The notes under the pieces are model-generated. The model saw only the letters and a program-made list of their open reading frames with translations. It had not been told where the DNA came from and ran no database searches. The translations under genes and the position numbers were made by a program. Shown here piece by piece: positions 39,108-47,953 of a stretch of DNA of 64,000 nucleotides (the first letter of the stretch is position 1; each line of letters begins with the position of its first letter). Source of the DNA: an uncultured Chloroflexia bacterium (GTDB lineage: Bacteria > Chloroflexota > Limnocylindria > QHBO01); contig CAWFCQ010000004.1 of the NCBI GenBank assembly GCA_963814375.1, forward strand, positions 160,001 through 224,000, in the 5' to 3' direction.

Positions 39108-40093
39108 GCCGCGGTCGCCCGGCCGTCCTCGCCGTCGACGGCGGTAATTCCAAGATCGACCTCGCCCTCGTCTCGCGCGGCGGCGACCTCCTGGCGCTGG
39201 TCACCGGCCCGACCATCTCGCACCAGCAGGTGCCGATGGAGGTGGCGATCGACCGCCTCAGGGCCATGACCGATGAGGCGGCGAAGCAGGCGGGGGTCCG
39301 CGGGCGGCCCGGGATCGGATCCTTCTGCGTTGCGGGCGCGGACTTCCCGACGGACGTCCGGCTCCTGGTCGGGGCGCTGGATGCCGCCGAGGTCGCCGAT
39401 CGGATCAGTGTCCGCAACGACGCCTTCGCCGCGCTGCGGGCAGGCGCGCCGAAGGGATGGGGAGTTGTCGTGATCTGCGGCGCCGGGGTCAATGCGGCGG
39501 GGCTCGGGCCTGACGGGCGCACGGCGCGGCTGGCCGGGATGGGACCGACGTCGGGTGACTGGGGCGGCGGGCACGGCATCGGAATGGAGGCCCTCGGCGC
39601 GGCGGTTCGGGCCCGCGACGGACGCGGAGCCATGACGGTCCTCGCGCACCGCGTACCCGAGCGGTTCGGCCTGAAGCGGCCCAGCGACGTGACCCAGGCG
39701 ATCTACGACGGGCGGCTGGGCGACCGAAGCCTCGAGGATCTGGCGCCGCTCGTCTTCGAGACTGCGGCTGCGGGCGATGCGGTGGCTCGCCGGATTGTGG
39801 ACCGCCTGGCGGACGAGCTGGCCGTCATGGCCGTCGCGATCATCCGCCGGCTGCGGGTCGTGCGGGACGAGGTCGACGTGGTCCTGGCGGGGGGCGTCTT
39901 CCGGACCACGGATGGTGCGTTTCACCAGCGGATCGAGGAGCGCATCCTCGCACGTGTTCCCCGCGCGCGGGTCGCTCGTCTGACCGCGCGCCCGGTCCTC
40001 GGCGCGGCGCTGCTCGGCCTGGACGACCTGGGCGTGAAGGCCGGCGGGGCGGCCGAGCGTCGGCTGCGGCGGGAGTTTGCGTCCCGCGCCTGA
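39104..40093 (+). CDS. BadF/BcrAD-type (N-acetyl)glucosamine-like sugar kinase
   Basis: AVDGGNSK, NDAFAAL, ICGAGVN, GDWGGG, LAGGVF. Confidence 0.88.
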   Translation: MSRGRPAVLAVDGGNSKIDLALVSRGGDLLALVTGPTISHQQVPMEVAIDRLRAMTDEAAKQAGVRGRPGIGSFCVAGADFPTDVRLLVGALDAAEVADRISVRNDAFAALRAGAPKGWGVVVICGAGVNAAGLGPDGRTARLAGMGPTSGDWGGGHGIGMEALGAAVRARDGRGAMTVLAHRVPERFGLKRPSDVTQAIYDGRLGDRSLEDLAPLVFETAAAGDAVARRIVDRLADELAVMAVAIIRRLRVVRDEVDVVLAGGVFRTTDGAFHQRIEERILARVPRARVARLTARPVLGAALLGLDDLGVKAGGAAERRLRREFASRA

Positions 40094-40137
40094 CCGGTGT
40101 CGCGGGACGGGGTCGACGATGGGCTAGGCTCTGCGCC

Positions 40138-41337
40138 GTGCCGAAAGGAGAGAAGCTTCATGGCGTCGAGCTGACCAATCTCGACCAGCCGCTCTTCGAG
40201 AACGCCGGAGCGACGAAGCGAGACCTGGTCGAGTATCTCGACGCCGTCCACGACAGGATCCTGCCCGAGCTGGTGGACCGGCCGCTCTCGGTGATCCGGG
40301 TGCATCGTGGCCAGGAAGCCTTCATGCAGAAGAACCTGCCGCGCTACACCCCGGACTGGGTGCGGAGGACTCGCCTCTGGTCGGAGTCCTCGCGGCGCGA
40401 TGTCGACTATGCGCTGTGCAACGACAGGCGAACCCTCATCTGGTTCGCCAACCAGCGGGCGGTGGAGTATCACCCGACCCTCGTGCGGGCGGATCGCCCC
40501 GAGAGCCCGACGCATCTTGTCATCGATCTCGATCCACCCGGCGCCGATGCCTTTGCCATGGCGGCGCGCGCCGCTCACCTCGTGCGCGCGGCGCTGGCCG
40601 AGGAGGGCCTCGAGGGCGCAGTGAAGACGAGCGGATCGAAGGGGCTGCACATCTACGTGCCGCTCCATGGACCCTCGATGGCCGACGTCGCGGCTGCGAC
40701 TCGCGCGATCGCTCAGCGCGCGGCCAACCTGGATCCCGACATCGCCACAACGGCGTTCATGAAGGAGGATCGGGGCGGGAGGGTCTTCGTCGACGCGACG
40801 CGCGTGGGCTGGGCCTCGGTCGTGTCCGCATACAGCCCTCGCGCGCGGCCAGGCGTGCCGGTGTCGTTCCCTGTGGGGTGGGAGCACCTCGACGATGTCT
40901 CGCCGGGCGAGTTCACCATCCATACCGCCGTCGCGCAGCTTGGCGATGGCGACCCGTGGGCGGCGCAGCTGCCGCCGCCGCAGCGGCTGAGCGCATCACT
41001 GATCGAGGAAGGCGCATCGATTCCCGGGGGCCGGGTGCAGGCGATGCACGAGGGCAAGCGTCGTGCTCGTGCCGCCAGGAGCGATCGACGATCGTCCGGC
41101 GCGGATAGTTCTCCTACATATTGTGGTATTGTCCGCGAGGGTACCACCACTGGTATAGGAGGACGGATCCGGCATGCGATGTCCACGCTGCGAGGAAACC
41201 GGGACGCGAGTCATCGACTCCCGCGACCTCGAGGCCGGCAGCACGATCCGCCGCAGGCGCGAGTGCGAGGCCTGCTCGTACCGGTTCACGACCTACGAGC
41301 GGCCCGAGGGCGCCCGGCTTGTCGTCGTCAAGCGTGA
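40138..41337 (+). CDS. Stand-alone LigD-type primase-polymerase domain; reading frame runs on into nrdR
   Basis: LTNLDQPLF, TKRDLVEY, FMQKN, IDLDPP, KTSGSKGLHIYVP, YSPRAR. Recognisable homology ends near 41080. Confidence 0.8.
   Translation: MPKGEKLHGVELTNLDQPLFENAGATKRDLVEYLDAVHDRILPELVDRPLSVIRVHRGQEAFMQKNLPRYTPDWVRRTRLWSESSRRDVDYALCNDRRTLIWFANQRAVEYHPTLVRADRPESPTHLVIDLDPPGADAFAMAARAAHLVRAALAEEGLEGAVKTSGSKGLHIYVPLHGPSMADVAAATRAIAQRAANLDPDIATTAFMKEDRGGRVFVDATRVGWASVVSAYSPRARPGVPVSFPVGWEHLDDVSPGEFTIHTAVAQLGDGDPWAAQLPPPQRLSASLIEEGASIPGGRVQAMHEGKRRARAARSDRRSSGADSSPTYCGIVREGTTTGIGGRIRHAMSTLRGNRDASHRLPRPRGRQHDPPQARVRGLLVPVHDLRAARGRPACRRQA
41111..41126 (+). promoter_or_regulatory. NrdR box upstream of nrdR-dcd
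   Basis: ctcCTAcATaTTGtgg matches the core of consensus acaCwAtATaTwGtgt. Confidence 0.6.
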
Positions 41338-41635
41338 CGGCAGCCGCCAGGAGTTCGATCGCGAGAAGCTGCGTGCCGGTCTGCTCAAGGCGCTCCAGAA
41401 GCGGCCGGTGACGATCGACCGGGTCGAGGCCGCGGTGGACGAGATCGAGGCCACGTTGCGCGGGCGGACCGACGCCGAGGTGCCGTCGACCGAGATCGGA
41501 CGCCTCGCCACCGATGCCCTCAAGGAGCTCGACCAGCTCGCCTACATCCGGTTCGCATCGGTCTATCACGCCTACGACGACATCGAGACGCTGCAGCGCG
41601 AGGTCGATCGGCTGATCCGACAGCGCCCCGAGTAA
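41174..41635 (+). CDS. nrdR: Transcriptional repressor NrdR
   Basis: MRCPRC..RVIDSR..IRRRREC..C..RFTTYE, ATP cone, AYIRFASVY. Confidence 0.97.
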   Translation: MRCPRCEETGTRVIDSRDLEAGSTIRRRRECEACSYRFTTYERPEGARLVVVKRDGSRQEFDREKLRAGLLKALQKRPVTIDRVEAAVDEIEATLRGRTDAEVPSTEIGRLATDALKELDQLAYIRFASVYHAYDDIETLQREVDRLIRQRPE

Positions 41636-41647
41636 GATCAGCGCCAC

Positions 41648-42229
41648 ATGATCCTGTCCGACCGCGACATCCGGGGCGAGATCGAGGCCGGAAGGATCGT
41701 CATCGAACCGTACCTCCCCGAGGCGGTCCAGCCGTCGAGCGTCGACCTGCACGTGGGCAACCGGTTCCGAGTCTTCCGCAACAACCGCACCGCCGTGATC
41801 GACCCACGCGAGGAGCAGCCCGAGCTCACCGAGCTCGTGGAGATCCGCGGCGACGAGCCATTCATCCTCCATCCCGGCGAGTTCGTGCTCGGGGCCACCT
41901 TCGAGCGCGTGGGACTGCCCGACGACCTCGTGGCCAGGCTCGAAGGCAAGTCCAGTCTCGGACGCCTGGGGCTCCTCATCCACTCGACCGCCGGCTACGT
42001 CGACCCCGGCTGGGAGGGGACCCTCACCCTCGAGCTGAGCAACGTCGCCAACCTGCCGATCAAGCTGTACGACGGCATGAAGATCGGCCAGATCAGCTTT
42101 CAGCGGCTCTCCTCGGCGGTGGAGGTCGGCTACGGCGACGCACGAATCGGCAGCAAGTACCTCGGACAGACCGATCCGACCGCCAGCCGCTACCACGCGG
42201 ACTTCGAGCGCGGACGGATCAGGCGGTGA
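41648..42229 (+). CDS. dcd: dCTP deaminase
   Basis: [36 protein letters not shown]. Confidence 0.95.
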   Translation: MILSDRDIRGEIEAGRIVIEPYLPEAVQPSSVDLHVGNRFRVFRNNRTAVIDPREEQPELTELVEIRGDEPFILHPGEFVLGATFERVGLPDDLVARLEGKSSLGRLGLLIHSTAGYVDPGWEGTLTLELSNVANLPIKLYDGMKIGQISFQRLSSAVEVGYGDARIGSKYLGQTDPTASRYHADFERGRIRR

Positions 42230-43110
42230 TCACGGAGCCCGTACATGCGATCTCGGAACCCCGTCGGTTCGCGGGCGGCATCTCCATCCGGATCGTCCGC
42301 GCCGGCTGGTTCCGGCCCGACGCGGGCGGGTTCTTCGGCGTCGTGCCGAAGCCGCTGTGGTCGCGATTTGTCGAGACCGATGAGCGCGGGCGGATCCTGT
42401 GCCGCCTCAACCTGCTCCTCGTCGAAGCGGATGGAAAGCGCATCCTGATCGAGACCGGAACCGGCGTCCGGATGACGGAGAAGGACCGCGACATCAAGGG
42501 CGTCGAGGGCGGAGACCCCGCCGCCGCGCTGCGCGCCGTCGGCGAGGACCCGGCCACGATCGACTTCGTGGTGCTGACGCACCTCCATTACGACCATGCC
42601 GGTGGGATGGTCGACGCGTCGTCGCGGCCGCTCTTCCCGAACGCGCGCTACGTCGTCCAGCGCGACGAGGCGGAGGCCGCCCACGGCGATGAGCTGCGGG
42701 TCCAGGGGATCATGGAGGTCGACCAGCTCGACGCCGTGCGTTCAGCGGGCCAGCTGGCCGAGGTCAACGGCGAGGTCGAGCTCGTGACCGGCGTCCGGGT
42801 CATCCGCACGGGCGGCCACACACGCGGCTCGCAGGCCGTGCTCATCGGCGTCGATCGGCCGGGGGGCCGTGCCGGCGACCCGACCGACCGCGCGATCTTC
42901 TGGGGCGATCTCATCCCGACCCGGTGGCAGATCCCGATCCGGTGGACGAGCGCCTTCGACGACTATCCGATCGACGCGATCGAGGTGCGCAACGAGCTCG
43001 TCGCGCGCGCTGCCGCCGAGGGCTGGTGGTGCTACTTCACGCACGACCCCGGCGAGCTACCGATCCGGATCGAGACGACCGAGAAGGGCGGCTTCCGCGC
43101 CGCCGGATGA
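42226..43110 (+). CDS. MBL-fold metallo-hydrolase (YtnP-like)
   Basis: [33 protein letters not shown]. Confidence 0.85.
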   Translation: MITEPVHAISEPRRFAGGISIRIVRAGWFRPDAGGFFGVVPKPLWSRFVETDERGRILCRLNLLLVEADGKRILIETGTGVRMTEKDRDIKGVEGGDPAAALRAVGEDPATIDFVVLTHLHYDHAGGMVDASSRPLFPNARYVVQRDEAEAAHGDELRVQGIMEVDQLDAVRSAGQLAEVNGEVELVTGVRVIRTGGHTRGSQAVLIGVDRPGGRAGDPTDRAIFWGDLIPTRWQIPIRWTSAFDDYPIDAIEVRNELVARAAAEGWWCYFTHDPGELPIRIETTEKGGFRAAG

Positions 43111-43181
43111 GCCGCGGCGGTATCATGCGGATGCCGCTTCCGACGCCCACCGAGACCACTCGTCGAAAGGACACTCCACCG

Positions 43182-43610
43182 ATGCTCTCAATGTCTGCCG
43201 CGCTGCGCCGCGGCGTGCTTCTCACCCTGGTCGCAATCCTTGCCCTGGCCCTCGCGGCGTGCGGCTCCTCGGAGCCGAGCGAGTCCGACGGAGGCAATGC
43301 CGGCGGCGGGACGGTCGCCGTCGTCGATGGCGAGGTCGCGATGACCGCGAACGACCTCGAGTTCGACGCGAGCACGATCGAGGCGCCCTCCGGCGAGGAG
43401 TTCACGATCACGTTCACGAACAACGAGTCGCAGCCGCACAACGTGGCGGTCTACACCGAGGAGGGTGGTGAAGCGATCATCCAGGGCGAGGTCATCACCG
43501 GCCCGGACGCGACCACCCAGGTCGTCGTCGAGGCGCTTGAGCCCGGCGAGTATTACTTCCAGTGCGACGTCCACCCGGACATGAGCGGGACGATCGTGGT
43601 GGAGGGCTGA
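43182..43610 (+). CDS. Blue-copper cupredoxin lipoprotein
   Basis: Lipobox LAAC; PHNV and YYFQCDVHPDMSG (H...C-x2-H-x2-M type-1 ligands). Confidence 0.85.
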   Translation: MLSMSAALRRGVLLTLVAILALALAACGSSEPSESDGGNAGGGTVAVVDGEVAMTANDLEFDASTIEAPSGEEFTITFTNNESQPHNVAVYTEEGGEAIIQGEVITGPDATTQVVVEALEPGEYYFQCDVHPDMSGTIVVEG

Positions 43611-43620
43611 CGCCCGACCG

Positions 43621-44179
43621 TCACGCTGCCTCGAGCAGCTCCTCGACGATCTCGACCATCCGGGCCGGCTCGAGCGGCCCGATCACCTCGCGCAGCACGG
43701 TGCCCGCCTCGCCGATGAAGTAGTGGCGCGGCAGGCCGTCGCTGCCCGCCCAGTCGTAGTAGGTCTTCAGCCCCGGATCGAGCAGGATCGGGTACGCCAC
43801 GCCGTACCGATCGACGAAGTCGGCGACCCCGCCGCGCTCCTCACCCCAGTTCACGCCGAGGACGAGCAGCTCATCGGCATGGGTCTCCGCAAGGGCCTGC
43901 ATCGCCGGCATCTCGCTGCGGCATGGCTCGCAGCTGGTGGCCCAGAAGTTCACCCACACCAGGCGGCCGTCGGCGTCGGTCGAGCGACCGTTCGTCGCCA
44001 TCGAGGTCATCCAGCTCGAGCGGGGGCGCAGGCTGCCCCACCAGCGCGCCGGCGCGCCCGTCGGGCTCGGCTCGAAGCAGCGGGATGAAGGCCAGCCAGG
44101 CGAGGGCGACCGCCAGCGCGACGATGAGACCGACCCAAAGCAGGCTCCCACGGCGCCGTCGCAGGGCCGACAGCGTCAT
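43621..44179 (-). pseudogene. TlpA/ResA-like thiol-disulfide oxidoreductase with a +1 frameshift near 43981 (likely sequencing error)
   Basis: TM anchor and GQPAPPLELDDLDG in frame 44179; VNFWATSCEPCRSEMP in frame 44151. Confidence 0.8.
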
Positions 44180-44409
44180 CGGCCCGCCAGGATGTCGGCG
44201 AGGTCGGGACGAGTGATGACGAGCTCGAGCCGATCGACGCCGTCGATGGCGAGCACCGGGATGCGGTGTGCGTAGCGCACGAGGAGGTCGTCATCGGCGC
44301 TGATGTCGACCGCGTCCCAGCCATCGTTTCCGAGCATGTCATCGAGCAGGACGCCGGCTTCCTCGCAGAGGTGGCATCCCTCGCGGACATAGAGGGTCGG
44401 GCGCGGCAT
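44176..44409 (-). CDS. Glutaredoxin-like protein (DUF836)
   Basis: LYVREGCHLCEEA, RIPVL; TATGAT 7 nt upstream of ATG 44409. Confidence 0.85.
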   Translation of the reverse strand: MPRPTLYVREGCHLCEEAGVLLDDMLGNDGWDAVDISADDDLLVRYAHRIPVLAIDGVDRLELVITRPDLADILAGR

Positions 44410-44443
44410 GGCGGCGATCATACGGTAGGATCGGCGGAGCGCC

Positions 44444-44519
44444 GCCCGCGTAGCTCAGTGGATAGAGCGCCGCCGTCCTAAGGCGGGCGTCGGGGGTTCG
44501 AGTCCCTCCGCGGGCGCCA
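44444..44519 (+). tRNA. tRNA-Arg(CCT)
   Basis: GCCCGCG/CGCGGGC acceptor stem, TAGCTCAGTGGATAGAGC, CCGCC-GTCCTAA-GGCGG, GGTTCGAGTCC, CCA. Confidence 0.95.
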
Positions 44520-44606
44520 CGCACGGGCATCGCCGATCCGGCGCGCAGGCCGTCGACATCGGCGTGTAAGGTGGGGGCGCTGATCCGATAAGGAGCTCCG
44601 CGAATC

Positions 44607-45317
44607 ATGCCGCGACTCACGTCCGTCCTCGTTGCCGAGGCCATCGGCACCTTTCTCTTCTTCTTCGTCGGCATCGGTGCCGTCGTGCTCGGTCCATTCA
44701 CGGGTGACACGAGCGGCGGGCTGATCGGCGTTGCGTTCGCTCACGGCCTCGCGCTCGCCGTCATGGTGTCCGCGCTCGGCGCGGTGTCCGGCGGCCATTT
44801 CAACCCGGCGGTGACCTTCGGGGTCCTGCTGACCGGACGGATCGAGCCGGCCCGTGCCGCGATGTACGTCGGTGCCCAGCTCGTCGGCGCCGTGGTGGCC
44901 GCCTTCGCCGTGCGCTCGGTCTTTCCCGAGTCGGCCTGGGAGCCCGTCCTGCTCGGTACGCCGGCGGTTGCCGACGGAATCAGCGTCGCGGGGGCGATCA
45001 TCATCGAGGCGATCCTGACGATGGTGCTGCTCGTAGCGGTGTTCGGCACCGCGATCGACCCGCGCGCGCCGAAGATCGGCGGCCTCGCGATCGGCCTGGC
45101 GGTGGCGGCCGACATCCTCATGGGCGGACCGCTCACCGGTGGCGCGATGAACCCCGCGCGCTGGTTCGGGCCAGCGGTCGTCTCGGGCACCTTCGACAAC
45201 TGGTACGTGTGGTGGATCGGCCCACTCGTGGGTGCCGCGATCGTCGCGCTGGTCTATCGCTACGTGTGGGAAGAGCGCGGCGAGCCCGAGGTGACACCCG
45301 CGACGCCGGAGGGCTGA
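44607..45317 (+). CDS. MIP/aquaporin family channel
   Basis: SGGHFNPAVT and GAMNPARWFGP. Confidence 0.93.
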   Translation: MPRLTSVLVAEAIGTFLFFFVGIGAVVLGPFTGDTSGGLIGVAFAHGLALAVMVSALGAVSGGHFNPAVTFGVLLTGRIEPARAAMYVGAQLVGAVVAAFAVRSVFPESAWEPVLLGTPAVADGISVAGAIIIEAILTMVLLVAVFGTAIDPRAPKIGGLAIGLAVAADILMGGPLTGGAMNPARWFGPAVVSGTFDNWYVWWIGPLVGAAIVALVYRYVWEERGEPEVTPATPEG

Positions 45318-45321
45318 CCGG

Positions 45322-46029
45322 CTACAGCGCGAAGGTGAACAGCGTCGCCAGGCGTGCGAAGGCGTTGAGGTAGATGAGCACGCCGATGGCGACGATGAGG
45401 AGGCCGGTCACCACCTGCACGCCGCGGTGGTGCCGGCGCAGCCAGTCGACCAGCGGCCGAAGCCGCGGGAAGGCGATCGCCGCGGCCAGGAAGGGGATCG
45501 CCAGGCCGACGGAGTAGGCCGTCAGGAGCAGCGCCACCGCCGGCGCGGCGCCGCTCGAGGCGCCCATCGTGAAGATCGCGCCGAGGACCGGTCCGATGCA
45601 CGGCGTCCAGCCGATCGCCACGAGGGCGCCCAGCCCCACCGCGCGCCCCGTGCGGGCTGCCGGCAGCCACGTCGGGTCGACGCTGACCCGAAGCCGATCG
45701 AGCAGGGGACCGAAGACGCCAGTCGTGACGATGCCGAGCACGATCACGAGGATCCCGGCGATCTGGCGCGCCTCCGGGATGCGGAGCAGCGGACCGCCGA
45801 CGATGCCGATCGAGGTGCCGAGCACGACGAAGAGGATGCTGAAGCCGAGCACGAAGAGGAGCGCCTGGCCGAGGACGGCGCCGCGAGTCGCCGCAACGGT
45901 CCCGCTCTCATCGGCGACGGCGGCGTTGCCGAGAAACGCGAGGTAGACCGGGAGGAGCGCCAGGACACAGGGCGAGACGAAGCTGAGGGCGCCGGCGGCG
46001 ATGGCGACGGCGATGCTGACCTCGGTCAC
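45322..46029 (-). CDS. ccdA: Cytochrome c biogenesis protein CcdA
   Basis: AGALSFVSPCVL, GWTPCIGPVLG, YSVGLAIPF. Confidence 0.92.
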   Translation of the reverse strand: MTEVSIAVAIAAGALSFVSPCVLALLPVYLAFLGNAAVADESGTVAATRGAVLGQALLFVLGFSILFVVLGTSIGIVGGPLLRIPEARQIAGILVIVLGIVTTGVFGPLLDRLRVSVDPTWLPAARTGRAVGLGALVAIGWTPCIGPVLGAIFTMGASSGAAPAVALLLTAYSVGLAIPFLAAAIAFPRLRPLVDWLRRHHRGVQVVTGLLIVAIGVLIYLNAFARLATLFTFAL

Positions 46030-46038
46030 GGGCGGAGC

Positions 46039-47542
46039 CTAGCGGATGGCTGCAGGCGGAACCCCTGGCTCGACCACGATCGGCTGGGCGATGATCCAGA
46101 GGCTCAGGATCGTGTATCCGATCATGAGCGCCACCATCGGCAGGCCGGCAACCGTCGCCCTGCCGGCGGCGTCTCGCAGGGCGAGCCGATGCGCCAGGAC
46201 GATGCCGGCGATGTGGCCGCCGACGATGGCGGCAACGCTCAGGTACCAGATCAGCCCGATCGGGATCCAGTCGAGCAGCGGCGCCAGGCTGTTCAGCGGA
46301 TCGACGATGAGCGACGGAAGCCAGACCACGCCCTGGATGACGAGTGTCAGATAGTGCGCGATGAGATAGCCGGCGGCGATCGGCAGCAGCGACGAGGCAT
46401 ACACCCCGGCCGCGGTGTGGCCTCCGAGCCAACGCGTCAGCGCCTGCACCAGCGCGAAGGCACCGAGGAACGCGGCGACCACGAGCGCGAAGGCGATCGT
46501 ATCGGCGAGGAGGAAGGCGGTCAGGGTGATGCCGAAGGCGTCGGTCGCGGCCGGCAGAATCGCCTCGAGAAGAGCTCCCCCAAAGGCGGTCTCGCGCAGC
46601 CCGTCGAAGGTCACGCCCGCCAGCGCCAGGATGATGAAGGTCGCGTCCGACCAGCCCGCGCGCGTCACGTCGGTCAGCCCGACGAGCCACATGCGCCACG
46701 CCGGGCCGACGCTCGCCATCCTCCGCCGCGGTGGCGCACTCGGGACAGTCGATGCACCGATCCGGATCGCAGCCCTCGCCGCAGCCGGAGCACAGCTCGG
46801 GGCTCACCGCCCGCCGCCCGAGCGGACCGATGCGCCCAAGCCAGCCCAGCAGCACCTCGAACAGCTCCACGTGACGAAGCCAGGCGATCTGGCCGAAGAC
46901 GACCATTCCCGCCAGCGTGACGAGCGTGTAGATCACCATCAGGATCGCGACGGTCATGGCCTGGGCGCTGGCCGGCAGGATCAGCTCCGCCCAGATGCCG
47001 AGGGCAAGCAGCGCGACCGCCGGCCATCGACCCAGCGCGTCGGGGTACGCCAGGCCGAGGTCGAGCCTTTCGGCGCCGACGCGGCGGGCCGCCCACTCGA
47101 GCGCGCCATACGTGCTGCGGAATGGGCTCAGTGAGGGCCACGGATTGCCGATCAGCGCCGCGATGATCGGCAGCCCGACCCAGATGCCGATCCACAGGAG
47201 CACGCCGGGCAGCGGCGAGATGTCGCCGACGACGAACCCGACGACGATGGCGCCGTACCACCATCCGAGCCCGACGACACGCAGGATGACCCGGGCGGGA
47301 CCGGCGATCGACTCCGAGATCGGCCGCAGCGCGTACGGTGCGTCGCTCGGGCGGCGCGCGATGACGACGGTCGCCACGAACGACGCGCCCACCGCGATTG
47401 CCGCCCCGGCGAGGTAGAGCCACAGCGGCACCGGCAGCTGGAAGGTGCCACCGAGGGCATGCGCCGCCGCGGTGGCCGGCCAGCTCGCGGCCAGCGCCGC
47501 CAGCACGAGGGCGACGCCGCCCGGCGCCGCCCTACGGCTCAT
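46039..47542 (-). pseudogene. 'Fenitrothion hydrolase' (FedB)-like polytopic membrane protein with a 6-Cys insert; +1 frameshift near 46700 (likely sequencing error)
   Basis: AAA-HALGGTFQLPVPLWLY, WPSLSPFR, GRWPA, FDGL, SLLPIAAGYLIAHY, GHIAGIVLAH. Confidence 0.65.
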
Positions 47543-47909
47543 GGACGGTGAGGAGGCCGACTCCAATGCCCGTCGGATCGTCGGCGGGATGCAGCTCGAT
47601 CGGGAACTGCCCGCTGCGGATGGCGGTGAACGTCAGCGTCAGCGTCTCGCCCGCCCGCACCTCGGCCGCCGGGACCTCCTCGTCGTAGCCGTGGATGTGG
47701 AGGAAGCCATCCACCTCGGACGCGACTTCGACGGTCAGCTCCTGGCCTTCGCAGGCGGCGGGATCGTCCGGTGTCAGCGTCGTCGCCGACAGCTCCAGCT
47801 CGATGGTGGCCGTCGGCTCGTCGCAGTCCGCCGAGCGTGTCGCCGGCACGCACCCCGACGCGGCGGCCAGCACGATACCGAGCAGCGCCAACGTCATCCT
47901 GCGACCCAT
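47532..47909 (-). CDS. Cupredoxin-like lipoprotein with HxHGY and ExH motifs
   Basis: Lipobox ASGC; FLHIHGYD, GQFPIELH; start at 47909 or 47897. Confidence 0.65.
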   Translation of the reverse strand: MGRRMTLALLGIVLAAASGCVPATRSADCDEPTATIELELSATTLTPDDPAACEGQELTVEVASEVDGFLHIHGYDEEVPAAEVRAGETLTLTFTAIRSGQFPIELHPADDPTGIGVGLLTVHEP

Positions 47910-47953
47910 GGCAGGAGCAAGCCACATGCGAGGGCATCCTCGTAAGCTGCGTC

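Noticed and set aside
45908-46700. Arg-rich C-terminus of ORF 45908-47566
   Set aside because: Out-of-frame read-through after the frameshift. The true C-terminus is ORF 46039-46719.
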